A stretch of DNA of 32,310 nt from Waddliaceae bacterium (lineage in GTDB: Bacteria; Chlamydiota; Chlamydiia; Chlamydiales; SLOH01): contig JBBDJA010000009.1 of assembly GCA_040880105.1 (NCBI GenBank), positions 1 through 32,310 of the forward strand, read 5' to 3'. A model generated the notes under the pieces. That model was not told the DNA's origin. It searched no databases and was given only the letters and a program-made list of their open reading frames with translations. The translations under genes and the position numbers were made by a program. Shown piece after piece: positions 7,948 through 17,180 of this stretch (position 1 is the stretch's first letter; each line of letters begins with the position of its first letter).

Positions 7948-10704
7948 ATGACTGAATTTAATGGAAGACTCACCCAGGTCAACATTGATGGGTATAGTGC
8001 GACCGTTCACCCCGAATACACATCCGAAGAGGTCTCACAGCTATTTTTAGAGAAACTGCAACCATTTTTAGATATTCTTGCGCTCAAGGAAGAGGAGATA
8101 CCCGGATTTTTAGATGCCAATGGAATTGAAATTACCGGACCCGTTCCCATTGTCGACCAGTTAGCAAGACTTTTTCAAGACGGTTTGGAGGCAGACATCG
8201 AGGCAAACCTTGCAGACCTTGTAGATCTCGCAAAAAACGGCCACATAACCGGAATCGGAACTAATCCAAAAACCGACTATCTAAGTGCTGAGATGGCAAA
8301 TGCGCTCAATCAACTTTTCCAATCTCTTGAGTCTGTCGGAATTCAAGTCGATGTCGCAGCCGGAACGGTAAATACGGCAACAATTACGCCCGATTCCCTT
8401 GTCGGATGGAAAAACCTTCAAGGAGTTTCAGACATTTTCGTAGATATTGCCAAAAAACTGGAAAGAGCAGCCCTTACAGGACCCCACTCACTCCAAGCGC
8501 TTGTTGAGCTTGTCTATATTAAAACCGGTAACGAAGTGATGGCAGATGCCATGGAGCGCTTAGAAGAGGCGCTTGCACTTACAAAAGATGCGCTTGACAC
8601 TCTCACCGACGTGCAAACCCTTCACAATCAAATTGATGTCAATATCAGCGAACAGCCAGAGGGAGTAGACCCTATCGACCTCATCTATGCTCCTGAAATT
8701 GCAAAGTATATCCCTGGGTCAGCGTACTACGTTATCGACTCTGAAACCATAATTAATGAGACAGATCCGGTTGAACAACAAAAAATAATGCTGAATTTTA
8801 CCACTCAATTCCGATTATTAGGTGAAAAGGTTCGTGGTGGCACAGCAACTGATGCCGAAGTTCAAGCCTTTCAAGATTTTGCTAACAACTCCCTTGGGTA
8901 TCTTGGAATGATCAGTGGTATTTTTCATACAGGAACACCTAACCCAATACCCGGATTTGGAGATTTTCCTGGGCTTACTGTAGACCCGTCAGAAGAGATG
9001 TTAGAATTTTTTCTCACTGCGCTAGCGAATCTTGGAGAAGTGCAAGTAGGCGGACAAGTTGTTCTTGACTTTTCAGGTATTGCTCAAACGCTACCGAACG
9101 GTTCCGATATTAATGACCTGGGAGCATTCAATATCACCATTGGTAGAACTGTCGCTGGAAATCCCGAACCCAGTGTTACAGTACCAGTCATAGATTTATT
9201 TTCCGGTGGCGGGCAGTATGAAGTGCTCCATCCCGATATGTTTGTTAGATCATTTGATCCGTCCGACCCTGCAGACATGGATTTTTTTATATCCAATCAA
9301 AACTCCCTACTGAGTGCTCTCGCACCTAGCGGCAGTTTAAGTGGTTCAGGTACCGGAAATTTTATGGATCTACAAGCGATTGCATCAGTCGGATACTTTA
9401 CCGATGAAGATGAAACTATCATTCACTACGACGGCCTTCCTTCGCTCAATTTAGTTGGAACTGCAGCCTTTGACCAAGCCTTAAGGATGGGGAAAAATAA
9501 AGGCGTCGAACCCATCAACGCTTTTTTAGACCCAATTTTCAACCCGACTCTTGGACGTGTCATCCCCGAATCCCCTTACTCCGCCCTCTCCATAGAAGCG
9601 CTATTAACCGGTAACTATACTGATGAGGAAAAAGAGGTCATTCTCACACATATCCAACATCAATTCACAGATCTTGCTCAAAAATCAAGAACCGGCACCG
9701 CAACAAGTGCAGAACAAACGCATTATGAGCGCCTTCGAAATGCACTCGCCGCATATATATACCTTGGAAAAGTCGGCATGAACCAAAACCCTCCCGATCC
9801 CAACATGCCGATCTTTAACGAGGGTGATCTTTTTGACGGATCTATCAATATTGACGGCTCGTCATCAGAATTTTCACTCTCTCCCTATCTTCAAGATCTT
9901 ATTACTTCCAATTTTGACAATAACGCGGGAAACCGAACAGATGTCAACGTTTTCATAGGAGGTGGTGGCGGCAATCCCCAAAGATGGGACAATTCTATCG
10001 ATGTGATTCACAGTATCAGTTTTGAAGATCTTCAAGGAGTTGTCGCGATGTCAGAAACTGCCAATCGGACTCTATTTGGTGGTTTTACTGGATCGACTCC
10101 AATTCCAGTCTATCCGAGTGGAGGCGTCACCTGGTTCAGCGTTCTAGACAATTTTGGCGTGACAAGCACAAACCGCACCCAGTTCAATCAAGCCTTAAGA
10201 CAAGGGGCGCAGGCTAATTTTAATAACATTATGCAAAAACTAGAAAGCAGCTTCAACAAGCCGATAAACCCAACTCCCAAAATCACTGCCGATGATATCG
10301 CAGCTTTTGAGAGAATACGAAATGAAATTAACGAGCAGATCACCGCGCTTGAGAGTAAAACACCGACAACCCCCGAAGGAAGAGTTGACCAAGAGTCGCT
10401 CCTTGCAAAGTTACAAGTCGTGCAAAATGATATCGAAAACGCCTTTAATACAACAAGCAGTACTGAAAATGCGCTTCGGGTATGGATTAGCGACAGGTAT
10501 AACCAAACAGACTCGGAAAGTGCGGGGTTGATACAAAGAAACATTACAAATGCCATTGTGGCAGCCGAGTCGCTCAACGACTCGCAGAAATCGGAGGTGC
10601 GTAGATTTCTCTACGTTTTTGAAGAGTACTACAAATCATCTGCGGCCATTTTGCAGAAGATCACGCAGCTCATTGAGCGAATTGCTCAAGGGATTTCTAG
10701 ATAA
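7948..10704 (+). CDS. Large uncharacterised protein with filament/tip-like terminal helices and an internal tandem duplication (918 aa)
   Basis: N-proximal coiled coil (LQALVELVYIKTGNEVMADAMERLEEAL...), C-terminal amphipathic helix (SLNDSQKSEVRRFLYVFEEYYKSSAAILQKITQLIERIAQGISR) and two internal repeats. RBS GGAG. Confidence 0.6.
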   Translation: MTEFNGRLTQVNIDGYSATVHPEYTSEEVSQLFLEKLQPFLDILALKEEEIPGFLDANGIEITGPVPIVDQLARLFQDGLEADIEANLADLVDLAKNGHITGIGTNPKTDYLSAEMANALNQLFQSLESVGIQVDVAAGTVNTATITPDSLVGWKNLQGVSDIFVDIAKKLERAALTGPHSLQALVELVYIKTGNEVMADAMERLEEALALTKDALDTLTDVQTLHNQIDVNISEQPEGVDPIDLIYAPEIAKYIPGSAYYVIDSETIINETDPVEQQKIMLNFTTQFRLLGEKVRGGTATDAEVQAFQDFANNSLGYLGMISGIFHTGTPNPIPGFGDFPGLTVDPSEEMLEFFLTALANLGEVQVGGQVVLDFSGIAQTLPNGSDINDLGAFNITIGRTVAGNPEPSVTVPVIDLFSGGGQYEVLHPDMFVRSFDPSDPADMDFFISNQNSLLSALAPSGSLSGSGTGNFMDLQAIASVGYFTDEDETIIHYDGLPSLNLVGTAAFDQALRMGKNKGVEPINAFLDPIFNPTLGRVIPESPYSALSIEALLTGNYTDEEKEVILTHIQHQFTDLAQKSRTGTATSAEQTHYERLRNALAAYIYLGKVGMNQNPPDPNMPIFNEGDLFDGSINIDGSSSEFSLSPYLQDLITSNFDNNAGNRTDVNVFIGGGGGNPQRWDNSIDVIHSISFEDLQGVVAMSETANRTLFGGFTGSTPIPVYPSGGVTWFSVLDNFGVTSTNRTQFNQALRQGAQANFNNIMQKLESSFNKPINPTPKITADDIAAFERIRNEINEQITALESKTPTTPEGRVDQESLLAKLQVVQNDIENAFNTTSSTENALRVWISDRYNQTDSESAGLIQRNITNAIVAAESLNDSQKSEVRRFLYVFEEYYKSSAAILQKITQLIERIAQGISR

Positions 10705-10719
10705 TTAGGAGAATATTTT

Positions 10720-12039
10720 ATGACTAACGCAAACTTTGACGGAAACTTCTTTAGAGATAACCCGGATATATTAAAGGTACTGCCAAGTCTTGCCGATTTG
10801 GATCTGATCGGCGATGGGGGCGCGACCGGGAATATTCTGGAAGCAGATATCTTGAAAGATGGTTTAACAGCACTTCACTCCATTGTTGATTTGGATGCAT
10901 TTTTAAGTAGTTTTGAAGATGGATCCGGAAGCATAGTAGGATTCCCAAAATCATTAGATCAATTTGCCCAGGCGCTCTCGGATTTTGGAGGAGAAGCAAA
11001 GGCTGATATTTTAAATATCTTTAGAGAAGCGTATCTTGCCCACCTGGGTCTAGATGCTTCGGGAAGTCCAACAGCTTTTCCGTCCACCGGCACGCCAACC
11101 AACGAGATCGAAGGGCAAGAGCTTGTAAATACGCTTGGGATTTCATTAGCCGAATTAAACCAGCAGGCAGACAACTTCTTCAATGACTTTTTTGCGAAAT
11201 TCCCTTTACATACAGATGCAACAACCGGGCAAAAAAACCTTGGATACGCAGTTGTTGCCGGAGACAAAGTCGGTGGAAATAGTTTTCACCATCTTTTGTC
11301 AAATTTCACGCGCGCCTTTGAGCGGATTGCAACATTTGACTCAACAGACTATCGCGACGACCTTGTCTATGTGACATCGAAGAACTTTATCGACTCACCT
11401 ACAGCCCTTTCCCAGTACGATGTCGACTATCCCACATACCAAAACGTCTTTAACGCGTTTATCGGAATTGACCCGGCAGAGTACGAAGAGGCGCTTGCTG
11501 CCTACTACAACGAAGTGCTTCAAAAGACAGGGAACGGCGATCCTAACCAAGGATATTTTGTTCCAAGCCTTGCCTTTGAAGGGTGGGTAAGAACAGTGTA
11601 TAAAATGTCTCAAATCGGAAATGTCGCCCTCGTCCTCTCGGATGATGCCACTAGACGAACGATTGTTCTCGATCGGATTATGAGGCTTATTATTTCAATG
11701 ATTGAAGTGATCCAACAGATCTCAATCTCGCAGGCAGAAAGGTTAACTTTCTTGTCTAAATGGCAACAGGCCTATACACAGGTACTAAACCAGATCCCAA
11801 TTTTAGCAAAAGGAGATGGTATTGCTTTCTCTGAAAACGATGAACAAAGAAATGAGTTCAACACCAAGGCCAACCGCCTCATTGAAATTGTACGAGCAAG
11901 AAGACAGGTGATAGTGGACGATTCCAAGTCGCACCAAAGTACAGTGAACCAAAGTAGCGATGCAGTGACACAGCAAGTCAACATCGGGACTGCAATTTTA
12001 CAACAATTAAGTACCTTAATCGGTGCGATCTACAGATAA
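10720..12039 (+). CDS. Uncharacterised putative T3SS-secreted protein directly upstream of the class II chaperone (CT863/LcrV-like position)
   Basis: Gln-rich C-terminal coiled-coil hairpin ending QSTVNQSSDAVTQQVNIGTAILQQLSTLIGAIYR. RBS AGGAG. Ends 12 bp before the lcrH-like gene. Confidence 0.6.
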   Translation: MTNANFDGNFFRDNPDILKVLPSLADLDLIGDGGATGNILEADILKDGLTALHSIVDLDAFLSSFEDGSGSIVGFPKSLDQFAQALSDFGGEAKADILNIFREAYLAHLGLDASGSPTAFPSTGTPTNEIEGQELVNTLGISLAELNQQADNFFNDFFAKFPLHTDATTGQKNLGYAVVAGDKVGGNSFHHLLSNFTRAFERIATFDSTDYRDDLVYVTSKNFIDSPTALSQYDVDYPTYQNVFNAFIGIDPAEYEEALAAYYNEVLQKTGNGDPNQGYFVPSLAFEGWVRTVYKMSQIGNVALVLSDDATRRTIVLDRIMRLIISMIEVIQQISISQAERLTFLSKWQQAYTQVLNQIPILAKGDGIAFSENDEQRNEFNTKANRLIEIVRARRQVIVDDSKSHQSTVNQSSDAVTQQVNIGTAILQQLSTLIGAIYR

Positions 12040-12051
12040 GGAGGATAGCGC

Positions 12052-12600
12052 ATGAAAGGCGACCAAAAGGAGATGCTGGAAGCTGTCGAAAAACTTGGCA
12101 AATCGCTTGGAGAAGAGAAGAAGAAGGATCTCGACCGCGTCTCAAGAGAGGTGCTGGAGAAGCAGCTTTTGCCGAAAAATGCCCTTGGCATGAACGACTC
12201 GACAATCGAGGGGTTGTATGGTCAGGCGTTTCGTCTGTACAATTCAGGTAAATACAAAGACGCCTCGCATCTGTTTCGACTGCTCATCATGCTAGATTCA
12301 ACAGAGCCGAGATATACCCATGGACTTGCCGCGTGCTTTCATATGATGAAAGATTACAAGAACGCGGTTCATCTCTATACACTTTGCAGCGTATTTGAAC
12401 CAAAAAATCCGGTTCCGCATTACCACGCCTCCGATTGCTATATGCAAATCGGCGACAAGGTGTCAGCGATGGTCTCATTAGAAATGGCAATTAAACGGGC
12501 GGGAGATAAAGCGGAGTTTAAAACACTTAAGGACCGCGCGCAAATGACGCTTAAGAGTTTGGAAAAAGAGCTGAAACTTAAGAAAAAGAAAAGGGAGTAA
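12052..12600 (+). CDS. T3SS class II translocator chaperone, SycD/LcrH family (Scc2/Scc3-like)
   Basis: EGLYGQAFRLYNSGKYKDASHLFRLL...RYTHGLAAC...PVPHYHASDCY: three TPRs typical of LcrH/SycD. Confidence 0.93.
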   Translation: MKGDQKEMLEAVEKLGKSLGEEKKKDLDRVSREVLEKQLLPKNALGMNDSTIEGLYGQAFRLYNSGKYKDASHLFRLLIMLDSTEPRYTHGLAACFHMMKDYKNAVHLYTLCSVFEPKNPVPHYHASDCYMQIGDKVSAMVSLEMAIKRAGDKAEFKTLKDRAQMTLKSLEKELKLKKKKRE

Positions 12601-12603
12601 ATC

Positions 12604-14955
12604 ATGACAGACGGACTTGGAGGAGCCGGAAGAGCTTCGCATGAAATCAATATTTGGCAAACAGAAGACATCGAGGCAGTTTCCTCTCAAGACCTCTATG
12701 AGAACGATTCGATCTCAAAGGCCGATCAATCCTTCATCGAAGAAATTCTAGGAAACCTTGAACTTGGCAGCCCTAAACTATACCAGCAAGATACCAATAA
12801 ACTGAATCAAACGGCGGTCGCCTTTCAGCTGCCCGATGATACCGGAGGAAGTAGGCCCGTTGGTGAGATGCTAGGCGCTCTCAGCGGATCCCAAATGGAG
12901 GAAATTCTAAACGGAAATCCGGAACAAATTGCCCAAATGGAAAAAGAGGGGCTTTTGCCCGAAGGTTTTGGTAAAAACTTTTCAAGTGCAGTTCAAAGTG
13001 AGTATAACGACGCCTTTTTTAAGGCAATGGAAGGAGATCCTAAACTTAAGGAGCTAGGGGAAAAACACGGACTTTCAAACGAGGCGATGCAAAGCCGAGT
13101 GGCATATGAGTACATGACACAAAATCCCAAGATGTCAAGTGACATCAAGGAGTATATCGACAATCTAAACGCTCAAATTATGCCCGGAGTCAAGCAGTCA
13201 ATTTCTCAGGCTTACGGCGCTGAAACAGCAAATGTCAATCAAGTGCTGAGCAACTGGGCTTCGGAGCCAAATAGTAGCGGATACATGGCGGCCTTGCAAA
13301 ACACATTTGAAGATGGTGTCAAAGATTATATTCAATCAAATGCAGCCTCCCCCGAGGCAGCCACACGTGCACTCAACGCCTTCTACGGACTTGAAAATGC
13401 AAAGGTCAATCCGGAGGATATCGCTCTTGCTAAATCCGCGCAAAAAGCAGTACAGGAAAATTTACAATCTGAGGGCATTGTAGGACCAAGTTTTGAACAA
13501 ACGCCGGGTAGCAACTTACATGCGGGGTTAATCGAATCGAATTTTGCCTACGTCCTACAAGGCATCGCAGCCGATCCCAAGAATCCCACTGCAACTGAAA
13601 TTCAAGCGGCTACCGCTCAAATTCAAGCGCAGTACCAACTGAATGCGGAATGGAAACCGTCTCAAGAAGCAATCACTGCCACAACGGAAATGACCCCCAC
13701 AGTGAAAGCCGGATTTCAAGCAGCAAGGCAATTAGAAGAGATGTCGGATCTGATGAAGCAAGTGGTCGACCGCATGCCGGCTGGGCCTGAAAAAGATGCA
13801 TACATCAACTTTTTAAAAGTGATTACTGAGGCGCTCGACGGTCTGAAACAACTTCTTTTCCAAATGCAGCTAAAAGATTCCGGGCTCGCCCATAAAATGA
13901 CGCGCATGGAGCGCGACATGAACATTTATAAAATCGATAAAGAAGAGACGCAGAGAAAAGAGATCGAGGCGGCGAAAAAGAAACAAGAGAGTAAAGCCGC
14001 AAAGATGAAAATCATCAACATTGTTGTTGCGGTCGTGGCAAGTGTCGCATTGATTGCGATGGCAGCGGTGACCGGTCCTGTGGCTCTTATGGTCGCAATG
14101 GTCATTTTAGCAAGTACCGTGCATGGGCTTGCTGACAGCAAGGCTAAGGGCGGCTTCCTCAATCAGGGAATGGCAGAGATCGACACCGGTTCTAAAGAAG
14201 CTGATTTCATGATTAAAGCCGGCATTTGCGCAGCGGTCGTTGCCTCGGGATCAGGGGCTCTAATGGGCGCTCAACTCTTTTTTACCAATACAACAGCCAC
14301 GCAAGATTTGGCTAAAGCTTGGGGCGCTGATGAAATGACAGCGCAGATCATCGCCATGAGTGCAATGCTTATTTTCACTCTAGGTTCGATATATGCAGCG
14401 TCCAAAACAGCCGGAGCTACCGGGGCAAATGTCTCTCAGTCAGCAGCCGGAGCTAGCAAATCAGCCTCAGGAGGTGCAAGAGTTGCAAATGATAGTGCAA
14501 CTTCAGGGTTTTCAAGACTGACCGGTTACACCTGGAAAAACGCTCAGGCGGATGCGTCCACTCGACTTGCGACAAAGCTAAATAGAGCTGAGAAGTGGAA
14601 GAATATCGACCAATTCATAGAAAAAACCAGTAGTAATATGAACAATATCTCCAAAATGAAAGGATGGGATAAAGTGCTAGGTGGCTATACACTTGCTGTG
14701 GGCGGCTTGCAAGCAACAGAAGCCGGAATGCGAGCGAATTACCACTTGAACAATGCAAAAATCGCCCTGCAGGAGGGTGAGCTTGACCAATTCCTTCAAG
14801 AGATTCACGCGATGATCAAGATCTTAAAACAAGTGTTACAAAAACTACTGAACGGTCTCGACGGGCCGGCAGAATTTGCAAAAGAGGTACAAGCGGTACT
14901 TGATAACGTATTTAGCGAAGCGCAAAAACAAATGAACCAAATCACTCAGGCGTAG
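12604..14955 (+). CDS. T3SS major translocator, CopB/SctE-like, with long N-terminal extension (783 aa)
   Basis: Follows the LcrH chaperone. Coiled coil (KIDKEETQRKEIEAAKKKQESKAAK) then a long hydrophobic hairpin (IINIVVAVVASVALIAMAAVTGPVALMVAMVILA), further hydrophobic segments and a C-terminal coiled coil. Confidence 0.8.
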   Translation: MTDGLGGAGRASHEINIWQTEDIEAVSSQDLYENDSISKADQSFIEEILGNLELGSPKLYQQDTNKLNQTAVAFQLPDDTGGSRPVGEMLGALSGSQMEEILNGNPEQIAQMEKEGLLPEGFGKNFSSAVQSEYNDAFFKAMEGDPKLKELGEKHGLSNEAMQSRVAYEYMTQNPKMSSDIKEYIDNLNAQIMPGVKQSISQAYGAETANVNQVLSNWASEPNSSGYMAALQNTFEDGVKDYIQSNAASPEAATRALNAFYGLENAKVNPEDIALAKSAQKAVQENLQSEGIVGPSFEQTPGSNLHAGLIESNFAYVLQGIAADPKNPTATEIQAATAQIQAQYQLNAEWKPSQEAITATTEMTPTVKAGFQAARQLEEMSDLMKQVVDRMPAGPEKDAYINFLKVITEALDGLKQLLFQMQLKDSGLAHKMTRMERDMNIYKIDKEETQRKEIEAAKKKQESKAAKMKIINIVVAVVASVALIAMAAVTGPVALMVAMVILASTVHGLADSKAKGGFLNQGMAEIDTGSKEADFMIKAGICAAVVASGSGALMGAQLFFTNTTATQDLAKAWGADEMTAQIIAMSAMLIFTLGSIYAASKTAGATGANVSQSAAGASKSASGGARVANDSATSGFSRLTGYTWKNAQADASTRLATKLNRAEKWKNIDQFIEKTSSNMNNISKMKGWDKVLGGYTLAVGGLQATEAGMRANYHLNNAKIALQEGELDQFLQEIHAMIKILKQVLQKLLNGLDGPAEFAKEVQAVLDNVFSEAQKQMNQITQA

Positions 14956-14963
14956 GAGAAACA

Positions 14964-15596
14964 ATGGATAAAAAAGCAAATCTTGATCAAATGATAGAAG
15001 AGCAGGTGCATGCAAATGCCGATAAACTCACAGACGAGCAGAAGCAAGCGATGAAAGAGGCTCTTACGCAAGTGATGAAAGAAGGGAAGCTGCCGTATGA
15101 GGCGATGAACTTCGATGCAGATTTTCTTGAATACATCTACGGGAATGGTTACCAATTATTTAAATCCGGGCACTTTGACAAAGCAAAGGAAATTTTTCAA
15201 CTACTGATGATGCTAAACCCATCGGATCCCAAATACTGCATGGGCCTTGCCACTTGTGCCAGACAGCAAAAGGATTTTGATGGGTCTATTCAGTATTTCT
15301 TCCAAACAGCGCTTTTAGACCGGGATAACCCTTACCCATTCTATTTTGCAGCCGAGTGTTTTGTTGAAAAGAAAGATTATGCAAGCGGAATCTTTGCCCT
15401 TAAGCTTGCTGAAGAAAGAGTTAAGAATAATCCCAAGTTAGCGCCGTTATCTAAGCAGATTGCCGCTTTGGTTGAGAACTTGGAGTCGAAAGTAGAAGAA
15501 AAACCAAAGGAAGAGTCTTTATTTAAAGATTTAGATCCCGAAACGAGAAAAGAGGTAGTGGGTATTTTTTTAAATAATATCTTTCCTGTGGAGTAA
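14964..15596 (+). CDS. Second SycD/LcrH-family T3SS chaperone
   Basis: LEYIYGNGYQLFKSGHFDKAKEIFQLL...KYCMGLATC...PYPFYFAAECF TPR pattern. Confidence 0.9.
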   Translation: MDKKANLDQMIEEQVHANADKLTDEQKQAMKEALTQVMKEGKLPYEAMNFDADFLEYIYGNGYQLFKSGHFDKAKEIFQLLMMLNPSDPKYCMGLATCARQQKDFDGSIQYFFQTALLDRDNPYPFYFAAECFVEKKDYASGIFALKLAEERVKNNPKLAPLSKQIAALVENLESKVEEKPKEESLFKDLDPETRKEVVGIFLNNIFPVE

Positions 15597-15599
15597 AAA

Positions 15600-16247
15600 A
15601 TGACAACACCCTTAAGCAGTCAGCCCCCTCCATCCGGTAAAGATGAAGAGATCAATCCTGCAGTACAACCGCAGGTAAAAGAGCAATATGGGTTCACGCT
15701 GCAAGACCAGCCCGTTATTTATTCTCTTGTGACAGGAACGCTAGACTCCGGAGACTTTAGAAAAAACACTCAGACCTATCAGAAGCTTAGGGATGACTAC
15801 ACCTACTCGATGCGCACGAATCAAACGCCGTCTCAAGTGATTGATGACAGCTGGGAGGTGCCCTACGGAGAGATTCTTGGGAATTTGCCGATGCGTTTAC
15901 AAAGACTGATCCAACGTGAAATGGAAAAACCGTTTGCCGAGCGAAGACCCGACGTTGTCGCTTTCGATCAATTTCTTAAGTTAGTTGCAACGGGATCTGC
16001 CCTGTTAGAAGAAGCGGGCGTGACTCCCCCTCCCGGCAGCTTGCAGGCAGATAAGCTCAGCGAAACCATTACATTAACGCACACCGCCTACAACGGAAGT
16101 ATCTCTTTTGCCGAAACGCTACAAAGAGTTGTCCAAGAGTATTTGCTTGAAACCGGACATAATAACCCCCATTTTGATGATCTAAGCGCAATCGGGCAAG
16201 AAATCAATCAAATATTGAGAGATCTCAGATCCGCCGGAGAACGATGA
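15600..16247 (+). CDS. Hypothetical protein in translocon operon (215 aa)
   Basis: Co-oriented, 3 bp after the chaperone stop, Ser/Pro-rich N-terminus (MTTPLSSQPPPS). Confidence 0.65.
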   Translation: MTTPLSSQPPPSGKDEEINPAVQPQVKEQYGFTLQDQPVIYSLVTGTLDSGDFRKNTQTYQKLRDDYTYSMRTNQTPSQVIDDSWEVPYGEILGNLPMRLQRLIQREMEKPFAERRPDVVAFDQFLKLVATGSALLEEAGVTPPPGSLQADKLSETITLTHTAYNGSISFAETLQRVVQEYLLETGHNNPHFDDLSAIGQEINQILRDLRSAGER

Positions 16248-17161
16248 ACAAGGAGGAAAAAGATCGACATCAAGTGGTAGACCGTATCGACAAATTGCAA
16301 AAGCGCGTCGAGAGAAGTAATCTCGAAGAGACGATTTCAGTCATCAAACCGATGCTTGAAATGCTTGGAGTCAGTGCGCAGGCGATAACAAATCAAAGTC
16401 TTTCGCCCTCTTTGCAATTGGCAATCCATGCGATCACCCAAGGAGAGATGCCGTATGGAGAGGCCACGGAAAAGGTCGCCATAGCAATCGCTGATGTCAT
16501 TTCTGTTTTGGAAGGAAAAAAGATTGCGATGCGGACTTACTCTATGCGTACCCACCTTCTTGCAACAGCATTGACTGCAGCGTCTGTGATTGCAAGGCAA
16601 GTGACCGTTAACGGTCTTGGACCGCTTCCGGGAGATGCTGTCGATAAGAAAAGAGCTAAGGTGTTTACTCTTGATCTGATATTTGCATTTGTGCTGAAGA
16701 GTGAATTTTTAAATCCGCTGTTTGAGCGACTCAGTTTAAGTTTAAATGTGGAAGAGCAGCTAAAACCACAGATTTGCGATCTGTTTTCTCTTGTTATGGT
16801 CTTTACGATGCTAGAGGGTGTCGAAGATAAAGGTGAGCGCATAGAAGAGATGATGACAGAGCTTGAATCCCGGCTTCAGAGGCTCGAGCAGACGCTCTCA
16901 ACAAAAATTGTAGGGTCAGGTGATACATACGAGCAAAAAAGCTTACTTGCTCTTAGAGAGGTGTTAAACGCCCTTAGAGCACATAACTTCCAAGGGTTAG
17001 AAATGGCAATTACCCGCCTTCTTTCCCTTGCAAATATAACTAAGGAAGAGATCCAAGCGGATCTGAAAAAAATTGCGAATTTAAGTGATGCGATTGAAGG
17101 TGCAAACAGGGTAATACGTCAAAATGAAGATGCGCCTCATATAACAATCACTCAAGCATGA
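16244..17161 (+). CDS. Hypothetical helical protein in translocon operon (305 aa)
   Basis: ATGA overlap with the previous ORF, RBS GGAG, moderately hydrophobic helices. Confidence 0.65.
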   Translation: MNKEEKDRHQVVDRIDKLQKRVERSNLEETISVIKPMLEMLGVSAQAITNQSLSPSLQLAIHAITQGEMPYGEATEKVAIAIADVISVLEGKKIAMRTYSMRTHLLATALTAASVIARQVTVNGLGPLPGDAVDKKRAKVFTLDLIFAFVLKSEFLNPLFERLSLSLNVEEQLKPQICDLFSLVMVFTMLEGVEDKGERIEEMMTELESRLQRLEQTLSTKIVGSGDTYEQKSLLALREVLNALRAHNFQGLEMAITRLLSLANITKEEIQADLKKIANLSDAIEGANRVIRQNEDAPHITITQA

Positions 17162-17180
17162 AAAAACAAAGAGGATAATT

